NCBI GenBank assembly: GCA_026415655.1
Contig: JAOAGR010000002.1
Location: 64,094-128,093 of the forward strand
Origin: Candidatus Dojkabacteria bacterium
GTDB taxonomy: Bacteria; Patescibacteriota; Dojkabacteria; JAOAGR01
Direction: 5' to 3'
Length of the DNA stretch: 64,000 bases
Shown here: positions 47,490 to 57,702 of the stretch, piece by piece
Position numbering within the stretch: position 1 is the stretch's first letter
Layout of the letters: the number at the start of each line of letters is the position of its first letter
Made by a program: the position numbers and the translations under genes
Notes under the pieces: model-generated
What the model was told of the DNA's origin: nothing
The model's database searches: none
The model's input: the letters and a program-made list of their open reading frames with translations, nothing else

Positions 47490-48547
47490 ATCAGAGTTGC
47501 TTTGTTTTTGGCTATAGTAAATAAAGTAAATTTATTATTTACGTAAGTTGGATTTGAAATAGATTTGACGATAATGAAATCATAATTTAAGAGATCCATT
47601 TGTTTTCCGTCAAAATAGAAAGTTTCATCAAGTACGATAGTATTGTTTTTTTCTAGATCTACCTCTCTGGATGATATACAAAAAATGACTGGTGTCTTAA
47701 TTGAAATATTTTGGCATATTTCATTGAGATAATCTGTACTATAAAGGAAATCAGGTCTTGCAAGCAATTTTAGATTTATGAAAGACTGATTGTTTTCTTT
47801 ATCGGTACTATAAGAATTCGATGATGTATTAAATATAAGTAGTAAGTAACCGTTTACCTTATTCCTTTTAGATAATTTCTTCTTTTTTTTATTTTGTTTT
47901 ATCTCAATGTATGATAAATGAGTTTCTAACGTGTAGCTTCTGTTTTTGATCAGCCCGGCATCTATGTAGATATTTTTTTTACTAATTAAATTCGAATCTT
48001 TATAGATAAAAATTTCCAAATATATGTGTGATTTACTGTTTGTCGATAGTTGTTTTGAAGATTTTGTGTAATATTGGCAAAGATTATTTTCAATTACTAA
48101 TCTGTATTCGATATTTATATCAGAATTGATATTTGTAATCTGATCTACACTTTTGATTAGTATTTCTTTTAAATACTCAAAATCAGATTTGTCTATGCTT
48201 TGGTTGTTCTGTTCCGGTTCTTCTATATTGATATAAATATTATTTACATAAACTTGCGATGACTTTTTATAAAATTGATAAATGTTTTCGCTATAAGAAT
48301 AAAGTCTTTGTGACAGATCTGCAAGGTGTGTTCTGTCCGATCTATCGTTTAATACTAAATCTTTGTAAGCTTTTGTTAAACATATTCGTTCTTTTGTTTT
48401 GTGATATGACTTAATAATTCGTTTATTTACTGTATGTAAGCTAAAGTTTTCTATTGATTCTACTTTGATATAGATCTGTTTATTTTGGTTGGATTTAGAA
48501 CAGGTTTTAATTATGTAAGGCTTGTGATTGTCATATTGATATATCAT
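47486..48547 (-). CDS. Hypothetical protein (353 aa), middle gene of the operon
   Basis: Asn/Lys/Ser-rich. No recognisable domain. Lies between the PPDK-like gene and the 426-aa gene on the same strand. Confidence 0.45.
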   Translation of the reverse strand: MIYQYDNHKPYIIKTCSKSNQNKQIYIKVESIENFSLHTVNKRIIKSYHKTKERICLTKAYKDLVLNDRSDRTHLADLSQRLYSYSENIYQFYKKSSQVYVNNIYINIEEPEQNNQSIDKSDFEYLKEILIKSVDQITNINSDINIEYRLVIENNLCQYYTKSSKQLSTNSKSHIYLEIFIYKDSNLISKKNIYIDAGLIKNRSYTLETHLSYIEIKQNKKKKKLSKRNKVNGYLLLIFNTSSNSYSTDKENNQSFINLKLLARPDFLYSTDYLNEICQNISIKTPVIFCISSREVDLEKNNTIVLDETFYFDGKQMDLLNYDFIIVKSISNPTYVNNKFTLFTIAKNKATLI

Positions 48548-48653
48548 GATTTATGTAATCTTTAATCATCAGATTATACATGGAAAACATATATACCATC
48601 AATGAAACATAGTAATAATAAATAAGTTGTGAAGTTATTTGAATAATTGACTT

Positions 48654-51545
48654 TTATAACCTCTTGCTTAATTCTTTCTGTTCTAATTCCCTTAGAATTG
48701 TTTTTACTATATCACAATTATTCATACGACATGCTATCTGAGTGAAATTGTTATTAAATACATATTCTGCAACCTCATTCGGTTTTTCAAATCCACTGAT
48801 ATCTAAAATAGAATTATCTTTTAAACTATCTCGTTGTGATAGATATGTGACTAGATTCCGCATACCTTCAACAAATTTTGTTGATGCAGTAAGTTTTTCT
48901 ACACCGAGCATGTTCATCTTTAATCTGAATAGATCATAATAGCGTCCGTCAACAAGCATATCATCAACTACTTCATCTAGTCTAAAAACATTTATCATGC
49001 GTGATACATTTGCATAAATAGAAAAAGTTGATGATCTTTTGAGTCCGATTTTATTTAAAGATTGCTTCATCTGAACAATATCTTTTTTATTTCGATAATC
49101 GGGTAAAATAAGTGAAACATTCTTAAATTTTGATCTTATACTATGTATCTGTGACATGTAATTTACTAAAGCTTGACTTTCATAAGGTGGACATATTACT
49201 AATACTTTTTTTTCTAGACCTATTATTTGTAAATTCTGTAAAAGTAAATTTAGACCCACAGGCATATCTTCTGTAAAAGAAAAAATTACACCATCATAAT
49301 TGGCTAGAGAACTATCGATAACTTCATCTATCAAATGAACATATACTTTTGATATTGTGGGAATAAAATCCAAATATTTTTTATATTTTTTAGGAGTATT
49401 AATTTCATGTATATATGTCTCTTCTAAGTCAAAATTAAATTCTTTACTCTGAGTAGATATTGTATTAAGCTCATAATTGATAGAATCAATTGCTGTTGTT
49501 GCATGTTGTGGATTAACTTCGCTACTTGTTCTAACTAGCTTCTGCAAACTATTGGCCCATAGTTTCGTTTGATCAGATTCGCTGATTCCTTGTACTGCAT
49601 CTAAACTATTATTATTTCCAATATTTTGTGGATCTTTATCTTCAGTTACATAGCTTAATATACTTTCTAAGATACTTTGTTTATCTTCTTTATTTGTTTC
49701 TGCTATATAAATAGAGCTTTCAGAAATATCTGACTTGACATCCGCCTGAATGATATATTCTTTTTCAGGTTCTACTGGTATAGATAGCGATTCACCTTCT
49801 ATACCTTCATTTGTTTGTTTTTCTAATTGGATGGTTAAATCAATCTGGTTTTCTGTGTTCTCTTCTTCAAATGATGCCTGTGATGAAGCTGAGTTATCAA
49901 TAGCTACATTCAAACTTCCAGTATCTGATTCCTCGGTATTTGTTGATAAATTCATTTTTTGGTTATCATTTGCGTTCGGATCAGAAACAAATATACTGCC
50001 ATTGTTAGGATCAATTTTTATTGGTTCTCCTTCTTTTAATAGTCTATTTGCCAAAGGGGCACCGGTAATAACAGGAACTTTAAAGTGTTCATAAAGCCTT
50101 ATTGCTAGTATCTCTGATGGTTCTACTATTATAAAGCCTTTGACTTTTAGATCGGCTCTGATATCTTCAAAACCTTCAAGAATCAAAATACTATCTTCGC
50201 TTGGAGATTCATAATTAAATGTTGCTTTTCCGATAACTGTTGAGTTTCCTCTATAATATTGCCCTTCTATAAGAGGACGTGTTTTGAACACTATGCTGTC
50301 GTTCATATGATTATAGATTACATTTTTTTGGGATTCTTTTCTAGTATTGTTTTCGATTGCGAGATTTTGTGTTGCATTTTTCTCTACCAATGAAATATTT
50401 TCATCAGCATTGATGGCCATATTACTATCTTGTATGGCTGGTAAAACCATCTGAAGAGAAATCTCAGGTTGTTCCGCTGGAGATGTAAATTTATCTTCAT
50501 TTATTTGGGCTAGAAATTCGCTATGTTTTGAACTTAATGTGTGATCTTCTAGTGGTTTAGCTATGGGATTAATTTCGTTTTGGATATATGTAATAGCCAC
50601 ATCTTTTTCTGGTTCTTTTTCAATCTCATCTATTTGAAGATCATTAGGTTCCTTGGGTGTTTGATTACTGACTTCTATTTCTATTTTGTTTATTTCATCG
50701 TCAAAAATAATATCTTCCGTTTTCTTCTTCGGAATGTAATCTATTTGATTGATGTAGTATATCCACATCTTGCCATTATCAAGCATCCAATGTATTTCGT
50801 AATCATTTTGTAGCTCTTCTGATATGATTTTTATAGTTTTAGTTAATGATTTGATGTGTTTATCATCTATTTTCTGTTTTTTTTGCCATGCGACGGAGAC
50901 TTCTATTTGTTTATATGGTAAAGCATCATGCCCACGAATGTACATGAATTTTTGTTCCGTTATGTGCTTTTCAAGAATTTTCTCACTTTCTTTATCTACA
51001 ATATAAGTATCATATTCGATATTTAAATTATTCACAGGTATTCCATAAGCTGCCTCTATAAGTATTGACTCATCAGAGTTATTCAATACATTCTTAGAAA
51101 AAGCATATCCAAATGAATCACAATTATTTGATTTCAATATAAGAATGTTAATTGTTACATCCGAACAACGTTTCAAAACATCTTTTTGCAGGTTATTAAT
51201 AATATCTTCTATTGAGAAGATGATCTTTTGCACACCTTTTACTTGATATACGCATAGATCTTTTATGATTTGACTATTGTCATTAGATTTTACAAAAACG
51301 AAGATGTTGACATATGATTCAGTTAATCCAGATATTGATTCGTATTGATCAATAACTTCTTTGAGAATCGATTCTTTAACTTTTGAATCAACCTCAGTGG
51401 ATAGTTTTGTTATTCCGCTATGGCTGATTATAAATCCATTTGGTATAGGTAGTAGTTCTTTATACAAATCTGATAACAAAACTACCAAGTCAGTAAAATC
51501 TTCATCTGCTTTGATTTTTTCTTGTAGACTGTATACGTGCTTCAT
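48654..51545 (-). CDS. PEP-synthase / pyruvate-phosphate-dikinase / rifampicin-phosphotransferase-like protein: N-terminal PPDK_N ATP-grasp domain, His-less swivel domain, long acidic disordered linker
   Basis: 963 aa. 'LPIPNGFIISHSGITKL' resembles PpsA 'VSVPNGFATTADAF'. 'EIHWMLDNGKMWIYYINQIDYIP' resembles 'DIEWAKDG..GKLFIVQARP'. 'PSEILAIRLYEHFKVPVITGAPLA' sits in the place of the phospho-His motif GGRTSHAAIIARELGIPAVVG, with no His. Residues about 520-700 are D/E/S/N-rich. Confidence 0.55.
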   Translation of the reverse strand: MKHVYSLQEKIKADEDFTDLVVLLSDLYKELLPIPNGFIISHSGITKLSTEVDSKVKESILKEVIDQYESISGLTESYVNIFVFVKSNDNSQIIKDLCVYQVKGVQKIIFSIEDIINNLQKDVLKRCSDVTINILILKSNNCDSFGYAFSKNVLNNSDESILIEAAYGIPVNNLNIEYDTYIVDKESEKILEKHITEQKFMYIRGHDALPYKQIEVSVAWQKKQKIDDKHIKSLTKTIKIISEELQNDYEIHWMLDNGKMWIYYINQIDYIPKKKTEDIIFDDEINKIEIEVSNQTPKEPNDLQIDEIEKEPEKDVAITYIQNEINPIAKPLEDHTLSSKHSEFLAQINEDKFTSPAEQPEISLQMVLPAIQDSNMAINADENISLVEKNATQNLAIENNTRKESQKNVIYNHMNDSIVFKTRPLIEGQYYRGNSTVIGKATFNYESPSEDSILILEGFEDIRADLKVKGFIIVEPSEILAIRLYEHFKVPVITGAPLANRLLKEGEPIKIDPNNGSIFVSDPNANDNQKMNLSTNTEESDTGSLNVAIDNSASSQASFEEENTENQIDLTIQLEKQTNEGIEGESLSIPVEPEKEYIIQADVKSDISESSIYIAETNKEDKQSILESILSYVTEDKDPQNIGNNNSLDAVQGISESDQTKLWANSLQKLVRTSSEVNPQHATTAIDSINYELNTISTQSKEFNFDLEETYIHEINTPKKYKKYLDFIPTISKVYVHLIDEVIDSSLANYDGVIFSFTEDMPVGLNLLLQNLQIIGLEKKVLVICPPYESQALVNYMSQIHSIRSKFKNVSLILPDYRNKKDIVQMKQSLNKIGLKRSSTFSIYANVSRMINVFRLDEVVDDMLVDGRYYDLFRLKMNMLGVEKLTASTKFVEGMRNLVTYLSQRDSLKDNSILDISGFEKPNEVAEYVFNNNFTQIACRMNNCDIVKTILRELEQKELSKRL

Positions 51546-51584
51546 TAATTATTTATGTAGCATATTTCGGGGTTGGTCACAAGA

Positions 51585-51611
51585 TTAGCAGACAGTTGCG
51601 TGGTTTGCTAA
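51585..51611 (+). promoter_or_regulatory. CIRCE-like inverted repeat about 35 bp upstream of the clpC-like gene
   Basis: TTAGCAGAC-AGTTGCGTG-GTTTGCTAA matches CIRCE TTAGCACTC-N9-GAGTGCTAA at 7/9 in each half-site. It has the same variant left arm (TTAGCAGA) as the element upstream of hrcA. Confidence 0.45.
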
Positions 51612-51644
51612 AAATAACTGTTTGTACTACAATATAAATTAACT

Positions 51645-54089
51645 ATGGAAAATTATTTTAGTAATAGTGCTAAACAGGTTTTACAAGAGGCTGCACAGAT
51701 AGCGGTAGAACGTGGTACAACATATATAGACACGGAGCATATTTTATATGCGGCTGTACAGACTGAAATAAATAGAAAGATATTAGAAGAAATAAATAAA
51801 AATCCAGAAACTATTATTGAATATCTAGATAACAACATGCCTACATTTTCTAGAAGATTTTACGGAACCATTACTGCAGACTTAACGCCACGTGCGAAAC
51901 AAACTCTAAATCTTGCTTTTGAATTCGCAAGGGAATTTGGACATGGATATGTAGGTGTGGAACATATTCTTTTAGGAATTTTGGAAGAGAGCGAAGGTTT
52001 TGGAGCACAAGTTTTAAGAAGGTTTGGTATTACAGTTGAGGACTTAAAAAAAGCAATTAAAAAAGTGCTTGGTGAGGGTAGCAAACAAACTACAAAATCA
52101 GACACTCCTACTCTTGACAAGTATTGTCGAGATGTTACAAAACTAGCGCGAGAGGGTAAAATAGATCCGGTTATTGGGCGTAAAAATGAGATTGAAAGAG
52201 TTACTCAGATTCTTTCACGACGAAGAAAAAACAACCCTGTTCTTATTGGAGAACCCGGAGTTGGAAAAACAGCAATCGTGGAAGGATTAGCATTGAAAAT
52301 TGTTCAGGGGAACGTTCCAGATGTACTGCAGGATAAACGCGTTTTGGCTTTGGATATGGGATTGCTTATTGCTGGAACCAAATATCAAGGTGAATTCGAA
52401 GAAAGAGTAACTAAAATCATAAAAGAGTTACAATCATCTGGCGGAAATATAATTCTCTTCTTGGATGAATTACACACTATTGTTGGAGCCGGAGCAGCTG
52501 AGGGAAAAACTGATCTATCTAATCTTCTCAAACCCGCATTAGCAAGGGGAGAATTGCAAGCCATCGGTGCAACGACATTAATAGAATATAAAAAGTATAT
52601 AGAAAAAGATCCAGCGCTAGAAAGGAGATTTCAACCTGTTATTGTCTTGGAACCAACAGTCGAAGATGCAATACAAATATTAAAGGGATTAAGAGATAAA
52701 TACGAAGCACATCATAAAATTCAGATTTCTGATGAAGCAATAGAAGCCGCTGTAAATTTAAGCGTCAAATATATAAGTGACAGGTTTTTACCCGATAAAG
52801 CCTTAGATGTACTTGATGAAGCGGCATCAATGCTTAGACTTAAAACTATAAATGAGCCTGAACCGATTAGAAATATAAAACAAAAAATATCTGATTTAGA
52901 AAGGGAGAGAGAAGCCTTAACGCGTTCTAGAGAGTATGAAAAAGCAGCATTAGTGAAACAAGAAATTGAAAAATTGAAGGGTGAACTTCAACCATTAGAG
53001 GAAGAGTGGTTGAAAACAAGGGGTACCGGTACCCCAATATTAGGCGTAAATGAAATTGCAGAAGTAGTCTCAAATATGACCGGTATACCAGCAAATAAGA
53101 TTAATAAACAGGAAAAAGAGATACTAGCAAATTTAGAACAACTTTTACATAAGCGTGTTGTTGGGCAGGACAAAGCAGTAAGTGCTGTTGCCGATGCCGT
53201 ACGTAGATCTAGATTAGGTTTATCTGATGAAAAAAGGCCAATTGCATCATTTCTATTTGTTGGACCTACCGGTGTTGGAAAAACAGAACTGGCAAAAGCT
53301 CTTGCCGAAAATTTGTTTGGGCATGAGTCAAATCTCATACGTATAGATATGAGTGAATATATGGAGAAACATTCTGTTGCTCGTTTGATTGGTGCTCCGC
53401 CAGGTTATGTTGGTTATGAGGAAGGTGGACAGTTAACGGAAAAGGTGAGACGTAAGCCGTATTCTGTCATATTGTTAGACGAGATAGAAAAGGCACATCC
53501 TGATGTGGCCAATATACTTTTACAAATTTTAGAAGATGGACGTTTAACCGATGGACATGGGAGAACGGTTAATTTTAGAAATACCATAATTATTGCTACT
53601 TCAAATATCGCTTCAAATCAAATTTTTGAATACTATGAGAAGCAAATGAAAAACAGTAATGAAAAACCAGAAAGTACTATTTTGAAATTTAAAGAGAATG
53701 AAGAAGATAAGAAGGATATTGAGTCTGTTGTAATTAATGCTTTGAAAAATGTTTTTCGTGTTGAATTGATAAATAGGTTTGATGATATCATCATCTTTGA
53801 ACCACTTAGTAAAGACATAATAAACCAAATTGTCAGACTACATCTTGATAGATTAGTAGAAAAATTGGCAAGAAATGAAATAAAACTGTCTTATTCAGCT
53901 GAGATTGTTGAATATATAGCTGATAAGAGTTACAATCCGCGATTTGGTGCAAGAGAAGTCCGTAGATTTATACAAAAAAATGTGGAAAATCTGATTTCTA
54001 ACTATTTGATATCCCAAGACTCGAATATAAATCTAGATCTAAGTTTGACAATTGAAAACGATCAGATAAATGTAGTACCAAAAAATTAA
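51645..54089 (+). CDS. clpC: ATP-dependent Clp protease ATP-binding subunit ClpC-like (UVR-type M-domain, no obvious ClpP loop)
   Basis: 814 aa. Clp_N repeats. '[17 protein letters not shown]' and '[19 protein letters not shown]'. M-domain '[38 protein letters not shown]' is UVR-like. The region after '[13 protein letters not shown]' lacks a GF tripeptide. Confidence 0.85.
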   Translation: MENYFSNSAKQVLQEAAQIAVERGTTYIDTEHILYAAVQTEINRKILEEINKNPETIIEYLDNNMPTFSRRFYGTITADLTPRAKQTLNLAFEFAREFGHGYVGVEHILLGILEESEGFGAQVLRRFGITVEDLKKAIKKVLGEGSKQTTKSDTPTLDKYCRDVTKLAREGKIDPVIGRKNEIERVTQILSRRRKNNPVLIGEPGVGKTAIVEGLALKIVQGNVPDVLQDKRVLALDMGLLIAGTKYQGEFEERVTKIIKELQSSGGNIILFLDELHTIVGAGAAEGKTDLSNLLKPALARGELQAIGATTLIEYKKYIEKDPALERRFQPVIVLEPTVEDAIQILKGLRDKYEAHHKIQISDEAIEAAVNLSVKYISDRFLPDKALDVLDEAASMLRLKTINEPEPIRNIKQKISDLEREREALTRSREYEKAALVKQEIEKLKGELQPLEEEWLKTRGTGTPILGVNEIAEVVSNMTGIPANKINKQEKEILANLEQLLHKRVVGQDKAVSAVADAVRRSRLGLSDEKRPIASFLFVGPTGVGKTELAKALAENLFGHESNLIRIDMSEYMEKHSVARLIGAPPGYVGYEEGGQLTEKVRRKPYSVILLDEIEKAHPDVANILLQILEDGRLTDGHGRTVNFRNTIIIATSNIASNQIFEYYEKQMKNSNEKPESTILKFKENEEDKKDIESVVINALKNVFRVELINRFDDIIIFEPLSKDIINQIVRLHLDRLVEKLARNEIKLSYSAEIVEYIADKSYNPRFGAREVRRFIQKNVENLISNYLISQDSNINLDLSLTIENDQINVVPKN

Positions 54090-54302
54090 TTGTAGTTCTT
54101 GTATGCAATTTCGTATTACGAAGTTGTAAATTGAATGATTCATTTGAGAATTTATCATACTGTCAAAGAAAGTTGTAGATAAATTTTTGCTCATCAATTT
54201 TTGCAAGGAGGTTGGATTCTTATGTATTTTGATCTGATCAAATATTGAAACTGAATTTATTTTAATTTACTCTATTGATAAATTTACTATAATATCTCTA
54301 TC

Positions 54303-55811
54303 ATGAATGACACAGAATTCATTCCTATTATTGGTCTAGAGATACATGTTCAGCTAAAGACTGCATCAAAACTTTTTTGCTCATGTAGCACTGATGAAGC
54401 AGATCCTAATAGCAATGTTTGTGAAATTTGTCTAGCTTATCCTGGATCTATGCCAAGTCTTAATTTGGAAGGTGTGCGTAAATCGATTATGGCTGGTATT
54501 GCTTTAAACAGTCATATAGCAGATATTACTTCATGGGACAGGAAAAGTTATATGTATCCTGATCTTTTTAAGGGTTATCAGATAAGCCAGTATGATAGGC
54601 CTATTTGTTATGATGGTAATGTAGAATTTATAGTTAGGTCTAGAAAAAATTACTACTCATCAGATGCTTATATTAAGCGTATTGGTATTTTTAGAGCTCA
54701 CTTAGAAGAAGATACAGCAAAGTCTACTCACGAAGGGGATTTCACATATATAGATGCTAATAAGGCAGGTATACCTCTTTTAGAAATTGTAACAAAGCCA
54801 GAATTGTATTCTGTGGATGAAGCAGTCAGTTTTGCCAAAAAGGTTAGAGATTTGATGAGATGGTTTGATATATCAGAATGTGATATGGAAAAAGGTCACA
54901 TGCGCTTTGATGCTAATATTTCTATATGTGTGAATAATCCTAATATTAAGTCAAAAAGCTATGAAGAATGGGAAGATATATTGTTTACTCCAATTGTTGA
55001 AATTAAAAATTTAAATTCTTTTGGAAATCTGGAGGCAGCATTAGAATATGAGATAAAAAGGCAAATTGAAGAGTATAAACAAACTGGTAATTTGTATTCG
55101 AAAGGACAAAAAGAAACAAGAGGTTTTGATGCGGATAAAGGAATTACATATATTCAGAGAAAGAAAGAAGAAGCAAATGAATATAGATATATTCCAGAAC
55201 CTGATATTCCATATTTAGAAATAACTCAGGAAGATATAGATCAGATCAAATCTCAAATGGGTATTACGCCATTAGAGGCTGCAGATTCGATTAGATCTGA
55301 TGTACCAAATATTAGTGAATATGTAATAGAGTTGATTTTAGGAGAGAGAAGATTATTTGATATATATATTGACCTAAAACAAGAGACAGGATTGGAACCG
55401 AGGAAATTAATTAATTTGATAACAAACGAACTAAAACCGGATCTTGATCTATTGATTGACCAACAAGATAAGTTATCTGATTGGTTAAATCAAATCATAC
55501 AAGTATTGATTTATTTTAGGGACAATAAAGTTTCACAGAATCAATTAAAAATTATGTTTTCCAAACACCAGGTTGGTGAGACGGATTTTGAAAAATTATT
55601 AAGTGAACTAAAAAATGATGAGGTCGATATCGATTTGCAAAGTATTGTGAATACCGTTGTCGAATCTAATCCTTCTGTCGTAGAGCAGATAAAAGGCGGC
55701 AAAGAATCCGCAAAGATGTTTCTTGTTGGGCAAGTGATGAAGATAACAAAAGGTAAGGCAGATCCAAACGAGATAAAATCATTAATAGATAAAAAGATAA
55801 ATGAAATATAA
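54303..55811 (+). CDS. gatB: Asp-tRNA(Asn)/Glu-tRNA(Gln) amidotransferase subunit B
   Basis: 'PIIGLEIHVQLKTASKLFCSCS' is the GatB N-terminus. 502 aa. Confidence 0.9.
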   Translation: MNDTEFIPIIGLEIHVQLKTASKLFCSCSTDEADPNSNVCEICLAYPGSMPSLNLEGVRKSIMAGIALNSHIADITSWDRKSYMYPDLFKGYQISQYDRPICYDGNVEFIVRSRKNYYSSDAYIKRIGIFRAHLEEDTAKSTHEGDFTYIDANKAGIPLLEIVTKPELYSVDEAVSFAKKVRDLMRWFDISECDMEKGHMRFDANISICVNNPNIKSKSYEEWEDILFTPIVEIKNLNSFGNLEAALEYEIKRQIEEYKQTGNLYSKGQKETRGFDADKGITYIQRKKEEANEYRYIPEPDIPYLEITQEDIDQIKSQMGITPLEAADSIRSDVPNISEYVIELILGERRLFDIYIDLKQETGLEPRKLINLITNELKPDLDLLIDQQDKLSDWLNQIIQVLIYFRDNKVSQNQLKIMFSKHQVGETDFEKLLSELKNDEVDIDLQSIVNTVVESNPSVVEQIKGGKESAKMFLVGQVMKITKGKADPNEIKSLIDKKINEI

Positions 55812-55815
55812 ATTT

Positions 55816-56343
55816 TTAGATATTTTTAATTTTATTGCTGATTTTGATAAATATTATTAGTGAAAGAACAGCTGACAATCCATAAAATATAATTAATATA
55901 TTGTCATCAAATAGATGATATCCAAATCTTTTCCAAGCATATCCTGGCCAATTTTGTAATATTGCGGGAAGTTGCCATATACATCCTCCTAGAACCTGAC
56001 TTATAGAACCGATTAAAATTGATAGACAAACAAAAATAATAATTTCATAAAAAAGTATCTCAATTTTACGATCTATGAATTTGAATTGATTTTTCTCTTT
56101 GAAATAAAGTAATATAGCCATTAGAATAGGAAAATACCATAAAAATGGAATTATAAGCTTTTCGTGAAACCATTCCCAAGATATCCAATAATCTTTGGAT
56201 AAAAAGAAAAAGTGTGGAAGAATAAATAAATTTGAAATCAACAACAAATAAATAACATAATATTTTAATTTAGAAAACAATATCTTTGTAATATCAATGA
56301 TGTAGTCTAGTATTTTCGCTGTTTTTATAGAATAATACTTCAT
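55816..56343 (-). CDS. Hypothetical polytopic membrane protein
   Basis: The ORF track gives 55816..56478, but that overlaps yidC by 134 bp. The internal Met (MKYYSIKTAK...) at 56343 removes the overlap. Confidence 0.4.
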   Translation of the reverse strand: MKYYSIKTAKILDYIIDITKILFSKLKYYVIYLLLISNLFILPHFFFLSKDYWISWEWFHEKLIIPFLWYFPILMAILLYFKEKNQFKFIDRKIEILFYEIIIFVCLSILIGSISQVLGGCIWQLPAILQNWPGYAWKRFGYHLFDDNILIIFYGLSAVLSLIIFIKISNKIKNI

Positions 56344-56344
56344 T

Positions 56345-57232
56345 ATGTTTGATGTAATTATACTAAATCCGCTAACAAACTTACTTATTGGGTTGTATTT
56401 CCTTTTATGGGAGAACATGGGTTTAGCTATTATTGTGTTTACAATTTTAATAAGATTGTTGTTATTGCCATTAAACATACAGCAGATAAAAACTCAACGT
56501 AAGATTGCCAAATTACAGCCGAAGTTATTGGAATTACAATCCAAAAAGGACCCAAACAAACTTACTCTTGACGACATTAATCTTGTCAAAGAAACAACTG
56601 TTGGTTTTTTTGGGGGGTGTCTATTTCTTATTCTTCAAATACCAGTGTTTTGGGCTTTGAATGTACTTATTCATGATATTTCAAGCGTTAACAGCGATCC
56701 AAATAAGGGAGGAGATTTTTTCAACAATCGAATTTATTTTGACTTTTTGAAAAGAGATCATTCGTATATATTTAATACTAATTTTTTAGGTATTGACTTG
56801 ACTTTAATCCCATCTCAGTTGGATTTTAATCAGTTTTCAACTGTTATCATTATCGTTCTTTCTCTAGTATTTTTATCACAATATTTTTCTTCACTTTTAA
56901 TGTTGCGGATGCAAGATCTAAGTGCCGTATTTAACAAAAACAAAAAAAAGAAAAAGATTAAAAGTAAGGAAGAGCAGGAGCGTGAAGAAATGATCGAAAT
57001 GCAAAAAAAGACTATGAGGTTCCAAATGCTTTATTTGATACCTGGAATGGTTGTATTTGGAGCGTATTATTTTAGCATTGCATTATCATTGTATTGGATT
57101 GTACAGAATATACTTGGAATAATTCAGATAGTGGTTCAGTATTCCTATACAAAAGGTAGAATTGATTATGATAAAATGCAAGAGATATTAGGATATAAAT
57201 TAATAAAAAATTTATGGCAGAAGAAAAACTAA
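56345..57232 (+). CDS. yidC: Membrane protein insertase YidC (short Gram-positive/Oxa1 type)
   Basis: 'GLAIIVFTILIRLLLLPLNIQQIKTQRKIAKLQPKLLELQ' is the YidC TM1/C1 signature. 295 aa. It sits immediately upstream of jag. Confidence 0.8.
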   Translation: MFDVIILNPLTNLLIGLYFLLWENMGLAIIVFTILIRLLLLPLNIQQIKTQRKIAKLQPKLLELQSKKDPNKLTLDDINLVKETTVGFFGGCLFLILQIPVFWALNVLIHDISSVNSDPNKGGDFFNNRIYFDFLKRDHSYIFNTNFLGIDLTLIPSQLDFNQFSTVIIIVLSLVFLSQYFSSLLMLRMQDLSAVFNKNKKKKKIKSKEEQEREEMIEMQKKTMRFQMLYLIPGMVVFGAYYFSIALSLYWIVQNILGIIQIVVQYSYTKGRIDYDKMQEILGYKLIKNLWQKKN

Positions 57233-57702
57233 ATATAGTTAAGGAAATAATAAGCAGATTTTTACAATCATTATTCGAAGATGATAAGTATCAATATGAG
57301 GTAGAACTCATTTCACAGAATGAAATAAAAATATATATTGGTGGTGAGTATTCAGCTTATTTGATAGGCAAAAAAGGTAATACTTTATTAGCATTACAAC
57401 ATATAATTAGGCAGATCTATATACAAAATACTGGTGATTTTGCAGAGAATGTAAAATTAATTATTGATGTGGATAATTACAAGAGAAAAAGATTAGAAAA
57501 ACTGTATCAAATTGTAGAAAAATATGTAAATGAAAATTCAGATAAAGAAAGGATTGCTTTACCATCAATGAAAGCATCTGACAGAAAAATTATTCATAAC
57601 TATATTGCTCAGAAATATCCTCAGTATACTACTAAAAGTGAAGGAGAAGAACCACGAAGAAGGGTTGTTTTATTCTTGAACAATGCACAAAAGAATCAAT
57701 AA
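57214..57702 (+). CDS. jag: Jag/KhpB-like RNA-binding protein (KH + R3H)
   Basis: 'YLIGKKGNTLLALQHI' (KH GxxG) and 'MKASDRKIIHNYI...GEEPRRRVVL' (R3H). The yidC-jag pairing is conserved. Confidence 0.75.
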   Translation: MAEEKLNIVKEIISRFLQSLFEDDKYQYEVELISQNEIKIYIGGEYSAYLIGKKGNTLLALQHIIRQIYIQNTGDFAENVKLIIDVDNYKRKRLEKLYQIVEKYVNENSDKERIALPSMKASDRKIIHNYIAQKYPQYTTKSEGEEPRRRVVLFLNNAQKNQ

